A stretch of DNA of 19,563 nucleotides from Elusimicrobiota bacterium (lineage in GTDB: Bacteria > Elusimicrobiota > Elusimicrobia > F11), in the NCBI GenBank assembly GCA_046153645.1, contig JBJXGI010000038.1, forward strand, positions 1-19,563, written 5' to 3'. This document shows, in pieces, positions 10,427 to 18,108 of the stretch (its first letter is position 1; every line of letters begins with the position of its first letter). Below the pieces are notes generated by a model. It saw nothing but the letters and a program-made list of their open reading frames with translations. It was not told where the DNA came from and searched no databases. Both the position numbers and the translations under genes were made by a program.

Positions 10427-10498
10427 TTTTCCCTTGTAAGATAAGTCTTTTTGCTTAAACTTCAAGTAAGCAGCAGATTTGGGAACCAAGGCGAAAAT

Positions 10499-11140
10499 AT
10501 GACACGAAAAACTCGAGAAGACCTCTTAAAAATAAGCGAAATGGCTGAAAAAGCCGACGTGCTTGTTTCTACCATCCGATATTACACCGATATAGGCCTT
10601 TTAAAAGCCGCCATGACGACAGAAGGGGGACACCGACTCTACGAAGAAACTCCCACAATGGATAGGCTTATGAAAATAAAAAAAATGGTACTGAAGGGAA
10701 TGACACTGCCAGAAATTCAGTCACAAATAGAACAAGAAATTTCAACCAAGAAAATTTTGGTTGTTGATGATGAATCTGATGTTGTTGAATTTATTAAAGA
10801 CCTTTTAACCTATACAATCCCTAATCAATTTCAGTCTGCAAGTGATGGGTTTACAGCGGGTAGACTCATTCAAACATTCCAACCCGATCTTGTAATTTTA
10901 GACCTTTTATTGCCAGGAGTAGATGGATTTGAAGTTTGTAAGGCAATACGCCAAGATCCAGAAATGAAATCAACCAAAGTATTGGCTGTTACAGGGTATG
11001 ATTCAGCTGAAATAAAAGAAAAAATTTTAAATTCTGGAGCTGATGATTTTTTAGCTAAACCGCTGGAATATCAACAAACTTTAGAGAAAATCGCGCGATT
11101 ATTGGGTGTTAAGGTAAAAGGCTCTCTACCTAAGAATTAA
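10499..11140 (+). CDS. MerR-type HTH + receiver-domain response regulator (213 aa)
   Basis: N-terminal LLKISEMAEKADVLVSTIRYYTDIGLL...GGHRLY is a MerR HTH. The C-terminal REC domain has ILVVDDE, DLVILDLLLPGVDG, VTG and FLAKP. ATG 10499 preferred over TTG 10451. Confidence 0.9.
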   Translation: MTRKTREDLLKISEMAEKADVLVSTIRYYTDIGLLKAAMTTEGGHRLYEETPTMDRLMKIKKMVLKGMTLPEIQSQIEQEISTKKILVVDDESDVVEFIKDLLTYTIPNQFQSASDGFTAGRLIQTFQPDLVILDLLLPGVDGFEVCKAIRQDPEMKSTKVLAVTGYDSAEIKEKILNSGADDFLAKPLEYQQTLEKIARLLGVKVKGSLPKN

Positions 11141-12629
11141 GATTATCTATTTTTGTATTTTTAAATAAAAACCAGTTTCCCGATGTCTCTATCAATTGAA
11201 AATCTTTTAAAATACTTGAGTTTGATATATCCGAATTTGACCGCCCAATTACGTATGTAAATTCTTCTAACTCTTTCGGAAGGATATAAAGTGGATTGTT
11301 ATTTGTGAAACCCAATCTCTCCAACTGAAAGTAATTTAAATGCTTTTTGTAACGTATCAATGAATATCCAAGAGTAGAGAAAGAAAATCTTATCTGCCCA
11401 CCTTTTTCGACGATATACCAACATGGCAAATGCCTTGCTTCTGATGATGCCATCCGCATTTCTGTTGAAAAAATAAGCGGTGCAATTTTCTGATTTTTTG
11501 GAATTTTTTCAAGAATAGGATCAATTTCTTTAGCTTCCCTGTTATACGCAATACATTGATAATGAAGAAAAAAACAAGAGACTGTGACAATAAAAATAAC
11601 AAGTATCTGTGATATCTTTTTATAAGAAACAACACTTGTTTCAGATAAGCAAAAAATAAATATCAAAGCTGTAAGTGACGAAAATCTTTGATAGAGAAAA
11701 TAAACACCAAAATAAGAATTGGGAGTAAAAATAAAAATAAGAATTGCCCCTATAAAAGGATAAAAATTATTTATGTTTTTTTCCTTTTTCTCTGAGCTCA
11801 AAGTGATTGTAATGAGACCAAGAAGACTCATAAATAACGTTATATGGTGAAGCTGACTATTGTTAGAGAAAACCAACAATTCAAGCAACTTAATAATGGG
11901 GTTGGTTCTCCATTCAATACCACCTATGGAAGAAGGATCTTTGCTTTTGTTTATAAAAAAAATCAATGAAAAAAAGAGCGCTGGCAGAGCAAAAACACAA
12001 AGTTTATTTACATGGGTAATGAGTGTTTCTTTTTTAAAAAATCTTAAATAAAAACCACAAAGAACGGCAAAAGAAAAAAGGAATAAAAGCATATGCCCAA
12101 AAAAAACCAGTAAAGATGCAATAAAGAAAATAACGCCGTTGATACTATGAGGATTCTTAAAATAACGAATTCCAGAAAACAAATAAAGGAGCGCAAAGGG
12201 ATAAGCAGAAATAAATGGAAAAAACCCCCAGTAAAAACTATAACCGAAAAAAAGTGGGAAAACCAATAAGCTCCAGAAGGTATCTCCTCCAAGTTCTTCA
12301 AGTAATTTGAAACTAAAATAAAAAGTGGCAACAAGGGAGAAAACAAGGGTAAGTTTTACGCTTATTAAAATCGAAAAAAATTGAGCAAATCCACAAGAAA
12401 TGAGTAACCCCAGGGAATACGGCGTGAGCCAATTCACATAAAACAATTTATCGTATCCAAGCTCTGTATTATGACGATTTAAAAAAAAGAATACTTGAGT
12501 TGCATGCTGTGGCAGGTCTGTCATCGGAAGATATTTATTCAGAAAAAAAGAAAGTGAGTATAGAATGAGAAAAAGACCAGCCCAGGAGAAAACCTGGGTG
12601 CGTTTGTCTAGGAGACTAAAATTTCCCAT
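11130..12629 (-). CDS. Polytopic membrane protein, putative GT-C-fold glycosyltransferase ('DLPQH' paralog A)
   Basis: About 10-12 hydrophobic segments. YLPMTDLPQH follows TM1, and there is a soluble C-terminal tail of ~140 aa. Clear paralog of 13543..15027. The GT-C call is inferred from topology. Confidence 0.6.
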   Translation of the reverse strand: MGNFSLLDKRTQVFSWAGLFLILYSLSFFLNKYLPMTDLPQHATQVFFFLNRHNTELGYDKLFYVNWLTPYSLGLLISCGFAQFFSILISVKLTLVFSLVATFYFSFKLLEELGGDTFWSLLVFPLFFGYSFYWGFFPFISAYPFALLYLFSGIRYFKNPHSINGVIFFIASLLVFFGHMLLFLFSFAVLCGFYLRFFKKETLITHVNKLCVFALPALFFSLIFFINKSKDPSSIGGIEWRTNPIIKLLELLVFSNNSQLHHITLFMSLLGLITITLSSEKKEKNINNFYPFIGAILIFIFTPNSYFGVYFLYQRFSSLTALIFIFCLSETSVVSYKKISQILVIFIVTVSCFFLHYQCIAYNREAKEIDPILEKIPKNQKIAPLIFSTEMRMASSEARHLPCWYIVEKGGQIRFSFSTLGYSLIRYKKHLNYFQLERLGFTNNNPLYILPKELEEFTYVIGRSNSDISNSSILKDFQLIETSGNWFLFKNTKIDNLNS

Positions 12630-13556
12630 TTACTTTTTGGCGTAAGATTCATTAATAAAGTAGTTCTGCTCTAAAATTGCATATTCATTTTCAAAATCGC
12701 GTTTCCAAGAAAGTTTAATTCCGGCTTCAGCGTAATCATCAAAATATTCAACAACAATTTTTTGAAGCCCTTCGTTTAATTCAATGCGGGCGGTATTTTG
12801 TTTCCATCCGCGACTTGTCCAATCATTGATGATTTGTTCTCCATTAATCCACATACGAGAACCATCGTCTGATTCAACAGAAAAATCATATTGTCCTTTT
12901 GTTGGGACATTAATAAATCCCGACCATCGAATAGAGAAAGAATCTTCTTTAAAGCCAAAAATTGGTGAAATATTTCCCCATTTAAAGTCAATTTTAGGAT
13001 CGTTTTTAATTTTGTAACTACTTTTAAGCTCTGTGTCTAAAAAATACTCCACTTTGAGCGAATGCTTATTGTTGTATTGAATTCTTGATATGACGCGATA
13101 AAACCCAATAAAAGAGAATATCAATACACTTCCAATGAGTGGGGACTTCCATTTTAAAAGATGGGGAAGAACATTTTCTTTAAATAAAGACCTAGGAGGG
13201 GAGATAATATCTACCTGATTGGAAATGGTATCAATATTTTGACTTAGTCTTAAAAGTGCGGCTTTTAAATTTTTCCCTAAACTCTCAGTGCTCAATAAGT
13301 CAAATTTCAAGAAAATATCTTTATCTTCTGAAAAATGGGGCATTTTTTGTTCAAAAGCCATATTTAAATAGATTCGGACGTTCTCACTGGTGGATTTCAT
13401 TTGTTCCATGAGGTTGTCTAATCCTTCGAAAATACCCTTTCCGATAATAAGACAAGATTTATAATCGCCAGATTCATAAAGATTATAAAGAGTCTGACTA
13501 GATTTTTTTATTGAGCTGATATTTTTTTTGAGTTCTTTTATTTTAAATGGTTCCAT
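12630..13556 (-). CDS. Single-pass membrane protein with C-terminal PA14 domain
   Basis: Helical N-terminal region, one TM (LIGSVLIFSFIGFY), then PA14 motifs IDFKWG, FSIRWSGFI, YDFSVESDDGSRMWING and IVVEYFD...IKLSW. Confidence 0.85.
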   Translation of the reverse strand: MEPFKIKELKKNISSIKKSSQTLYNLYESGDYKSCLIIGKGIFEGLDNLMEQMKSTSENVRIYLNMAFEQKMPHFSEDKDIFLKFDLLSTESLGKNLKAALLRLSQNIDTISNQVDIISPPRSLFKENVLPHLLKWKSPLIGSVLIFSFIGFYRVISRIQYNNKHSLKVEYFLDTELKSSYKIKNDPKIDFKWGNISPIFGFKEDSFSIRWSGFINVPTKGQYDFSVESDDGSRMWINGEQIINDWTSRGWKQNTARIELNEGLQKIVVEYFDDYAEAGIKLSWKRDFENEYAILEQNYFINESYAKK

Positions 13557-15027
13557 TTTTTTTATATACCCACCAATCTCCAGATTTAACTATAAATGAA
13601 AAATTTTGACTGATGTAGTCTTTTTCAGGAGTCGAGTGTAGTCGAATTAATAAATAATCGAAGCTCTCCATTGTGTTATGTTTAACATCAGCTGCTGACC
13701 AATCAATAAAATGGCTTGTCCAAAAATCTACAGGTTCTTTATTTTTTTTGTATCTGATCAGAGTATTATAATAAACGGCAAATGAGAATCCGAGAACTCC
13801 ACCTTTTTCAGCTTGATAATAGGCGGGGAAGTGATTTAAGTAGAACGGAGAATTTCCGACCGTTCTATCAATAATGAGTCCCAATACTTTTTGGTTTGCT
13901 GGAATTTTTTCAGCAGCCATATCAAAATCTTTTGATTCAGACCTTAGCGGCAAAAAAGTTTTGAATAGATAAAAAGACCAAAAAAATAACGCTCCTATAA
14001 GTAGTGTTCGGGAAATAAAGACACGTCGCGACATCAAGTCACACTGAAATAGCATTAAAAAAACAATAAGAAAGAAAAAAGCCAATCTTTGGTAAATGAA
14101 ATAAACACCAAATAATTGATTGGGGAGAAAAAAATATAAAAGTGAAATGGGAATAAAAAGTAAAAATCTCTTAGCGTCTACTCTTTTATAAGACACCCCA
14201 ATAATAATAATGGAAACAAGAAAAAGACAAAAGTAATGATAAAGCCAGTCTTCAGAGCTTCCTGTGATATAAGACAATAAGGAATTCCATCTATTCGTAA
14301 ATGAACCTCCAGATTCAGCTGAAAAGTTAAATCTGAATTCATTTTTCTGAGTTATCTGTTTCCATAAAACAGCGACGGGAAAAGATGTTCCCAAAATAAA
14401 AAGTCTTAAAAACGTTCCTTTTATATCCCATCGAGATCGAGTCATTAACCATGATAATGCGATCATAAGAGACGTTGCATATATAATGGCATGCGAGAAA
14501 AAAGTAAGGATAGAAAGAAGTAAGAAAATTAAAATATTTTTAAGCGATCTTTCTGTTTCTAATGAAATTGCTTTTTCAATCAAAAAGATTCCAAATGGAA
14601 TAGCGGCTAAATAAGGAAGAAAACCCCAGTAAAAACTAAATCCAAACGGAATAACAAAACCGGCGAAACACCACCAGGGATCCCCCTGCGTTCTAATAAT
14701 TAGTTTCTTTAAAAAAAAAGGGGTAAAAAAAATGACGAGTGATAGTAAAATTTTCACTGAAACCAGCGCTGTGAATATATAGGTCAGTAGCCCCGGCAAA
14801 ACAATGCCAATGAAATACGGAGTAAACCAATTGAGATAATAGGTATCACTAAACTGGTAGAAGGGGTTATTAAAATTGCGAAACATAAAAACTTGCGCAA
14901 CATGTTGAGGAAGGTCAGACATGGGAAGATATTTAACAGACCAAATAGGCAGAATAAAAAGTATTGAAAGAATGATATAAGTTAAATTAAAAAATATTTT
15001 TTCGTTAGTTAGTAAGAAATTTCGCAC
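13543..15027 (-). CDS. Polytopic membrane protein, putative GT-C-fold glycosyltransferase ('DLPQH' paralog B)
   Basis: GTG start. YLPMSDLPQH, YLNWFTPY, GFSFYWGFLP, FGVYFIYQR and HFPAYYQAEKGG are shared with 11130..12629. Confidence 0.6.
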   Translation of the reverse strand: MRNFLLTNEKIFFNLTYIILSILFILPIWSVKYLPMSDLPQHVAQVFMFRNFNNPFYQFSDTYYLNWFTPYFIGIVLPGLLTYIFTALVSVKILLSLVIFFTPFFLKKLIIRTQGDPWWCFAGFVIPFGFSFYWGFLPYLAAIPFGIFLIEKAISLETERSLKNILIFLLLSILTFFSHAIIYATSLMIALSWLMTRSRWDIKGTFLRLFILGTSFPVAVLWKQITQKNEFRFNFSAESGGSFTNRWNSLLSYITGSSEDWLYHYFCLFLVSIIIIGVSYKRVDAKRFLLFIPISLLYFFLPNQLFGVYFIYQRLAFFFLIVFLMLFQCDLMSRRVFISRTLLIGALFFWSFYLFKTFLPLRSESKDFDMAAEKIPANQKVLGLIIDRTVGNSPFYLNHFPAYYQAEKGGVLGFSFAVYYNTLIRYKKNKEPVDFWTSHFIDWSAADVKHNTMESFDYLLIRLHSTPEKDYISQNFSFIVKSGDWWVYKKNGTI

Positions 15028-15033
15028 AAGTTT

Positions 15034-17088
15034 TTATTTGCTCCAGAAAAAGTTCTTTCTGATTTGTTCTTTGGTTCTTCCTGGAGGAGTCCACTCTAAC
15101 GTTAATTCGGCCCCGCCACCAATATCAAAATAATTAATTTGAATTTTGTGGAATCCTTCTGATAATTCAACAGGCCTAGAAATTTCTAATCGTGCGTGTT
15201 CTCCACTATTATCAATAGTTAACTGATCATCAATTAATAGCCAAGAGCCATCGTCTGAAGACAAATGAAATATATATTTTCCACTCATAGGTACTTTTAA
15301 ATAGCCTTCCCATTTCCCGGACCAGGGAGGAATAATGGGTTTTTGAGGGTCCGCGGTATAGTTAAAATCTAAAGCTTCGTTCCAATGCAATTGTTTTTGA
15401 GCTTTGTTTCCAATATCAGTACCAGAATAATAAGAAACCTTTAACCCGGTTTTAAGTTTTTCTTTGATCTCAACTGATTTTTTAAATTCGAGTAAACTTT
15501 GAGTTGATGATAACGATTCCCCAATAAAAGAATTATTAATGTAAAGATGTAATGGCCTTCCTGGTCTTAATGAATAATTTTTTATGGCATAAAATTCTTT
15601 AAGTTGACTTTTCACTGTTTCAGCTTGTTTTGTATCAGCAATAATAATGGGAGCATCTAGTTGAACGCCGTCTTCTTCACTATAGAATCCTAGGTTCGTG
15701 AAATCTCGTAGATAAAAAGGAATGGGCCAGTATTCTTTCGCAACGACTTGTATTCGCAAATCGTTTCCTTTGTTTGTTTTTTTGGCAATTTTTTTAATTT
15801 CACTAATGAGCTTAAAAACTTCTCGAGAAGAATGTGCATAGACTTGCCGATGCCGATCAAAATCAAATTCAATGTAATTGGCTCTATATGTTAAAGGTAT
15901 TTGAATAAGAAGAGGAATTAGAAAAATTGAAAAAACAGATATGCTTAAGGTTCGATTATTCGAAACCCCTTCTGACGTCTTTAAGTAGTTATATATTTCC
16001 TTAATGGCATAACCAGAAATAAGACACATTGGGATTAAAAAGTTAATCAGGATCCAAGGAGTTTTATATGGAATGAATGAATAGGCTAATGTCATTCCCA
16101 GTGCCCAGAAGGAAATAAATATAACTTGCTTGTTCTTTTTTAGAAAAGCTATTGGAATCCCAATAAGAGTGAACACAAAAAGTGGCAGTTCATAGGGAAT
16201 CAAGATCTCACGAATATAATAAATGAACTCTTTATTATGGATTGACTCCAGTCCTTCTCTTGTCCAGCTGAAATAAGTTTTTACGGAGTCAATAAGCCCA
16301 CGTGGGTTGGTTAGGAAGGAGGAAAACAGGAGAAACCATATAACAAAACCCAAAATAAAAGCTGAAAACAAATAGGATTTAGCCGGACGAATGAAATCCT
16401 CAATTTCATGGTTTATATTTTTTCTAAACGTGCTAAAAAACGAGTTGGAATCAATTCCGCTACAAATTTCGGTACACAAAAATGCTAAGAACAGTACCGC
16501 AAAGTGAACAATACTCGTCTCTTTTGTCGCATAAAGAAAAGAAATTGAAGCGCTTAAAAGGTAGATATAAATAGGTTTTTTAGTTTCTCTCCAAAAACTT
16601 GCGGAAAGGTAAACCCAAAAAGTAAAAAAAACAACAAGTGTCTCATGAATAAAGTATCTTGAAAAGAAGAGCAAGTCGCATGAGGTCCCTGCCAGAAATA
16701 GCGCAAAAAGAGTGCCGATATGGCCCAATCTTATTCTCAATAAAAATATTGAAAATAAAGTGAGAATTCCAAAAATTGCCACTTGAGTTCGTACGGCCAT
16801 TTCTGTGAGACCGCTGGTTTTGATTTTGATTGAGAAAGGTTTCTCAGGTAAACTCCTTACCCATGTCAGCGCATACTGAAAAAAATAAATACTAGGCCCA
16901 TGATAGTTAACGGGATCATAAGAATACTTTCCACTTTTAATCAGTGTATCAACAAAAAAACCGTTTACAGCTTCGTCATTGTGAAAAGGTCGAGCCGTTA
17001 GATTATAAAACCTAGAAAAAGAAAAAAGAGCTAAGAGAAGAAGGAATGCTGTTATAAATAGCTTATTAGATCTTTCGATGATGGTCAC
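15034..17088 (-). CDS. Agl23/TIGR03663-like PMT/ArnT-type (GT-C) membrane protein with C-terminal PA14 domain
   Basis: RFYNLTARPFHNDEAVN, YSYDPVNYHGP, FSRYFIHE, ATKET, PYKTPW, YAHSS and YWPIPFYLR. PA14 domain at ~15034-15450 (WEGYLKVP...YIFHLSSDDGSWLLID...LTLEW). GTG start. Confidence 0.75.
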   Translation of the reverse strand: MTIIERSNKLFITAFLLLLALFSFSRFYNLTARPFHNDEAVNGFFVDTLIKSGKYSYDPVNYHGPSIYFFQYALTWVRSLPEKPFSIKIKTSGLTEMAVRTQVAIFGILTLFSIFLLRIRLGHIGTLFALFLAGTSCDLLFFSRYFIHETLVVFFTFWVYLSASFWRETKKPIYIYLLSASISFLYATKETSIVHFAVLFLAFLCTEICSGIDSNSFFSTFRKNINHEIEDFIRPAKSYLFSAFILGFVIWFLLFSSFLTNPRGLIDSVKTYFSWTREGLESIHNKEFIYYIREILIPYELPLFVFTLIGIPIAFLKKNKQVIFISFWALGMTLAYSFIPYKTPWILINFLIPMCLISGYAIKEIYNYLKTSEGVSNNRTLSISVFSIFLIPLLIQIPLTYRANYIEFDFDRHRQVYAHSSREVFKLISEIKKIAKKTNKGNDLRIQVVAKEYWPIPFYLRDFTNLGFYSEEDGVQLDAPIIIADTKQAETVKSQLKEFYAIKNYSLRPGRPLHLYINNSFIGESLSSTQSLLEFKKSVEIKEKLKTGLKVSYYSGTDIGNKAQKQLHWNEALDFNYTADPQKPIIPPWSGKWEGYLKVPMSGKYIFHLSSDDGSWLLIDDQLTIDNSGEHARLEISRPVELSEGFHKIQINYFDIGGGAELTLEWTPPGRTKEQIRKNFFWSK

Positions 17089-17121
17089 TCCTGTTTTTAT
17101 TCAGTTTGACTATTTTTGCTT

Positions 17122-18102
17122 CTATTTTCCAGCATGAATTTTAATTAGTTCTTTTAGCTTATGATAGGCTGGTTTAGGAGAAAAATCGTTTCTTACAATC
17201 CCAAGAAAATCGGCACCATCATTAAACATTTTTTCGGTGTCACGATAAAAAGCCCAATAAATCCTTTCTATTTCAGCGGTTTCTGACTGAATCTGGAATA
17301 TTTCATTGAGCCAATCTGCCTGTTCTTGTTCAGAAACGACATCTCCGCCAAACCATTTTATTTGAGTATCCTTGGGCATCCCAGGACAACCAAGTTCAGT
17401 AATCCAAATTTTTTTATGAGAATCTCCATATCTTTTTTTTATTTCATGAATTGAAGCAATCCACCTTTTAAAAGTCTCTTTTTTGTTTGGTGACTGAGGA
17501 TCTACAAAAAGATGAACAGATAAAATATCTGTCATATCTTTTCCACCTTGTTGATATAAGTATTCAATGTTCTCAATGACTGGCTCAGTAATACCTCCAT
17601 TCAAAACAAAACAAGTTGGATCTGCTTTTTTTGCGGCTTTATAAGAAATAGAAAGTAGTTTACTGTAAGTTTTAAGTTGATCGGGAGGTAAAGACCAGTA
17701 AACAGGATGATTGGGTTCGTTCCAAATTTCCCAGTAAGAAATTTTTTTCTTATAACGACTGACTGTTTCAAAAACATAATCTCCAAATTCTTCAAAAGAG
17801 TCTGGGGGACGATTCCATAACTCCTCGCCATTAGCCGATAATCGAACTTTATTGTAATGCAGCAGACATAGAAGACTAAAACCTTCCTCATAAAGTTTAT
17901 TTATTAATTTGTCATATTTCGAATAATCATTGGGATTATTGGGTCGATAAATATCTGACCAAAGAATATCCATACGAATATTTTTTATATTTAATTCTTT
18001 TAGTTGGATGATGGCTTTTTCTAATGAGTTTTGATCAAAATGGAAATTATTCCAATCATGATTCCAATGAAGAAAGGCGAGAAGACCAAAGGGTGATGTC
18101 AT
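17122..18102 (-). CDS. Clan GH-A glycoside hydrolase (GH39/GH5-like)
   Basis: WEIWNEPN (acid/base Glu), IWITELG (nucleophile Glu), YKAAKKADP, DILSVH and GIVRNDFSPKPAY. Confidence 0.85.
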   Translation of the reverse strand: MTSPFGLLAFLHWNHDWNNFHFDQNSLEKAIIQLKELNIKNIRMDILWSDIYRPNNPNDYSKYDKLINKLYEEGFSLLCLLHYNKVRLSANGEELWNRPPDSFEEFGDYVFETVSRYKKKISYWEIWNEPNHPVYWSLPPDQLKTYSKLLSISYKAAKKADPTCFVLNGGITEPVIENIEYLYQQGGKDMTDILSVHLFVDPQSPNKKETFKRWIASIHEIKKRYGDSHKKIWITELGCPGMPKDTQIKWFGGDVVSEQEQADWLNEIFQIQSETAEIERIYWAFYRDTEKMFNDGADFLGIVRNDFSPKPAYHKLKELIKIHAGK

Positions 18103-18108
18103 GATTCT

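Noticed and set aside
14711..14732. A9-G4-T-A8 homopolymer cluster, and other A8 runs in the membrane genes, as slippage sites
   Set aside because: Expected from Phe/Leu codons in AT-rich membrane genes, and all frames are intact.
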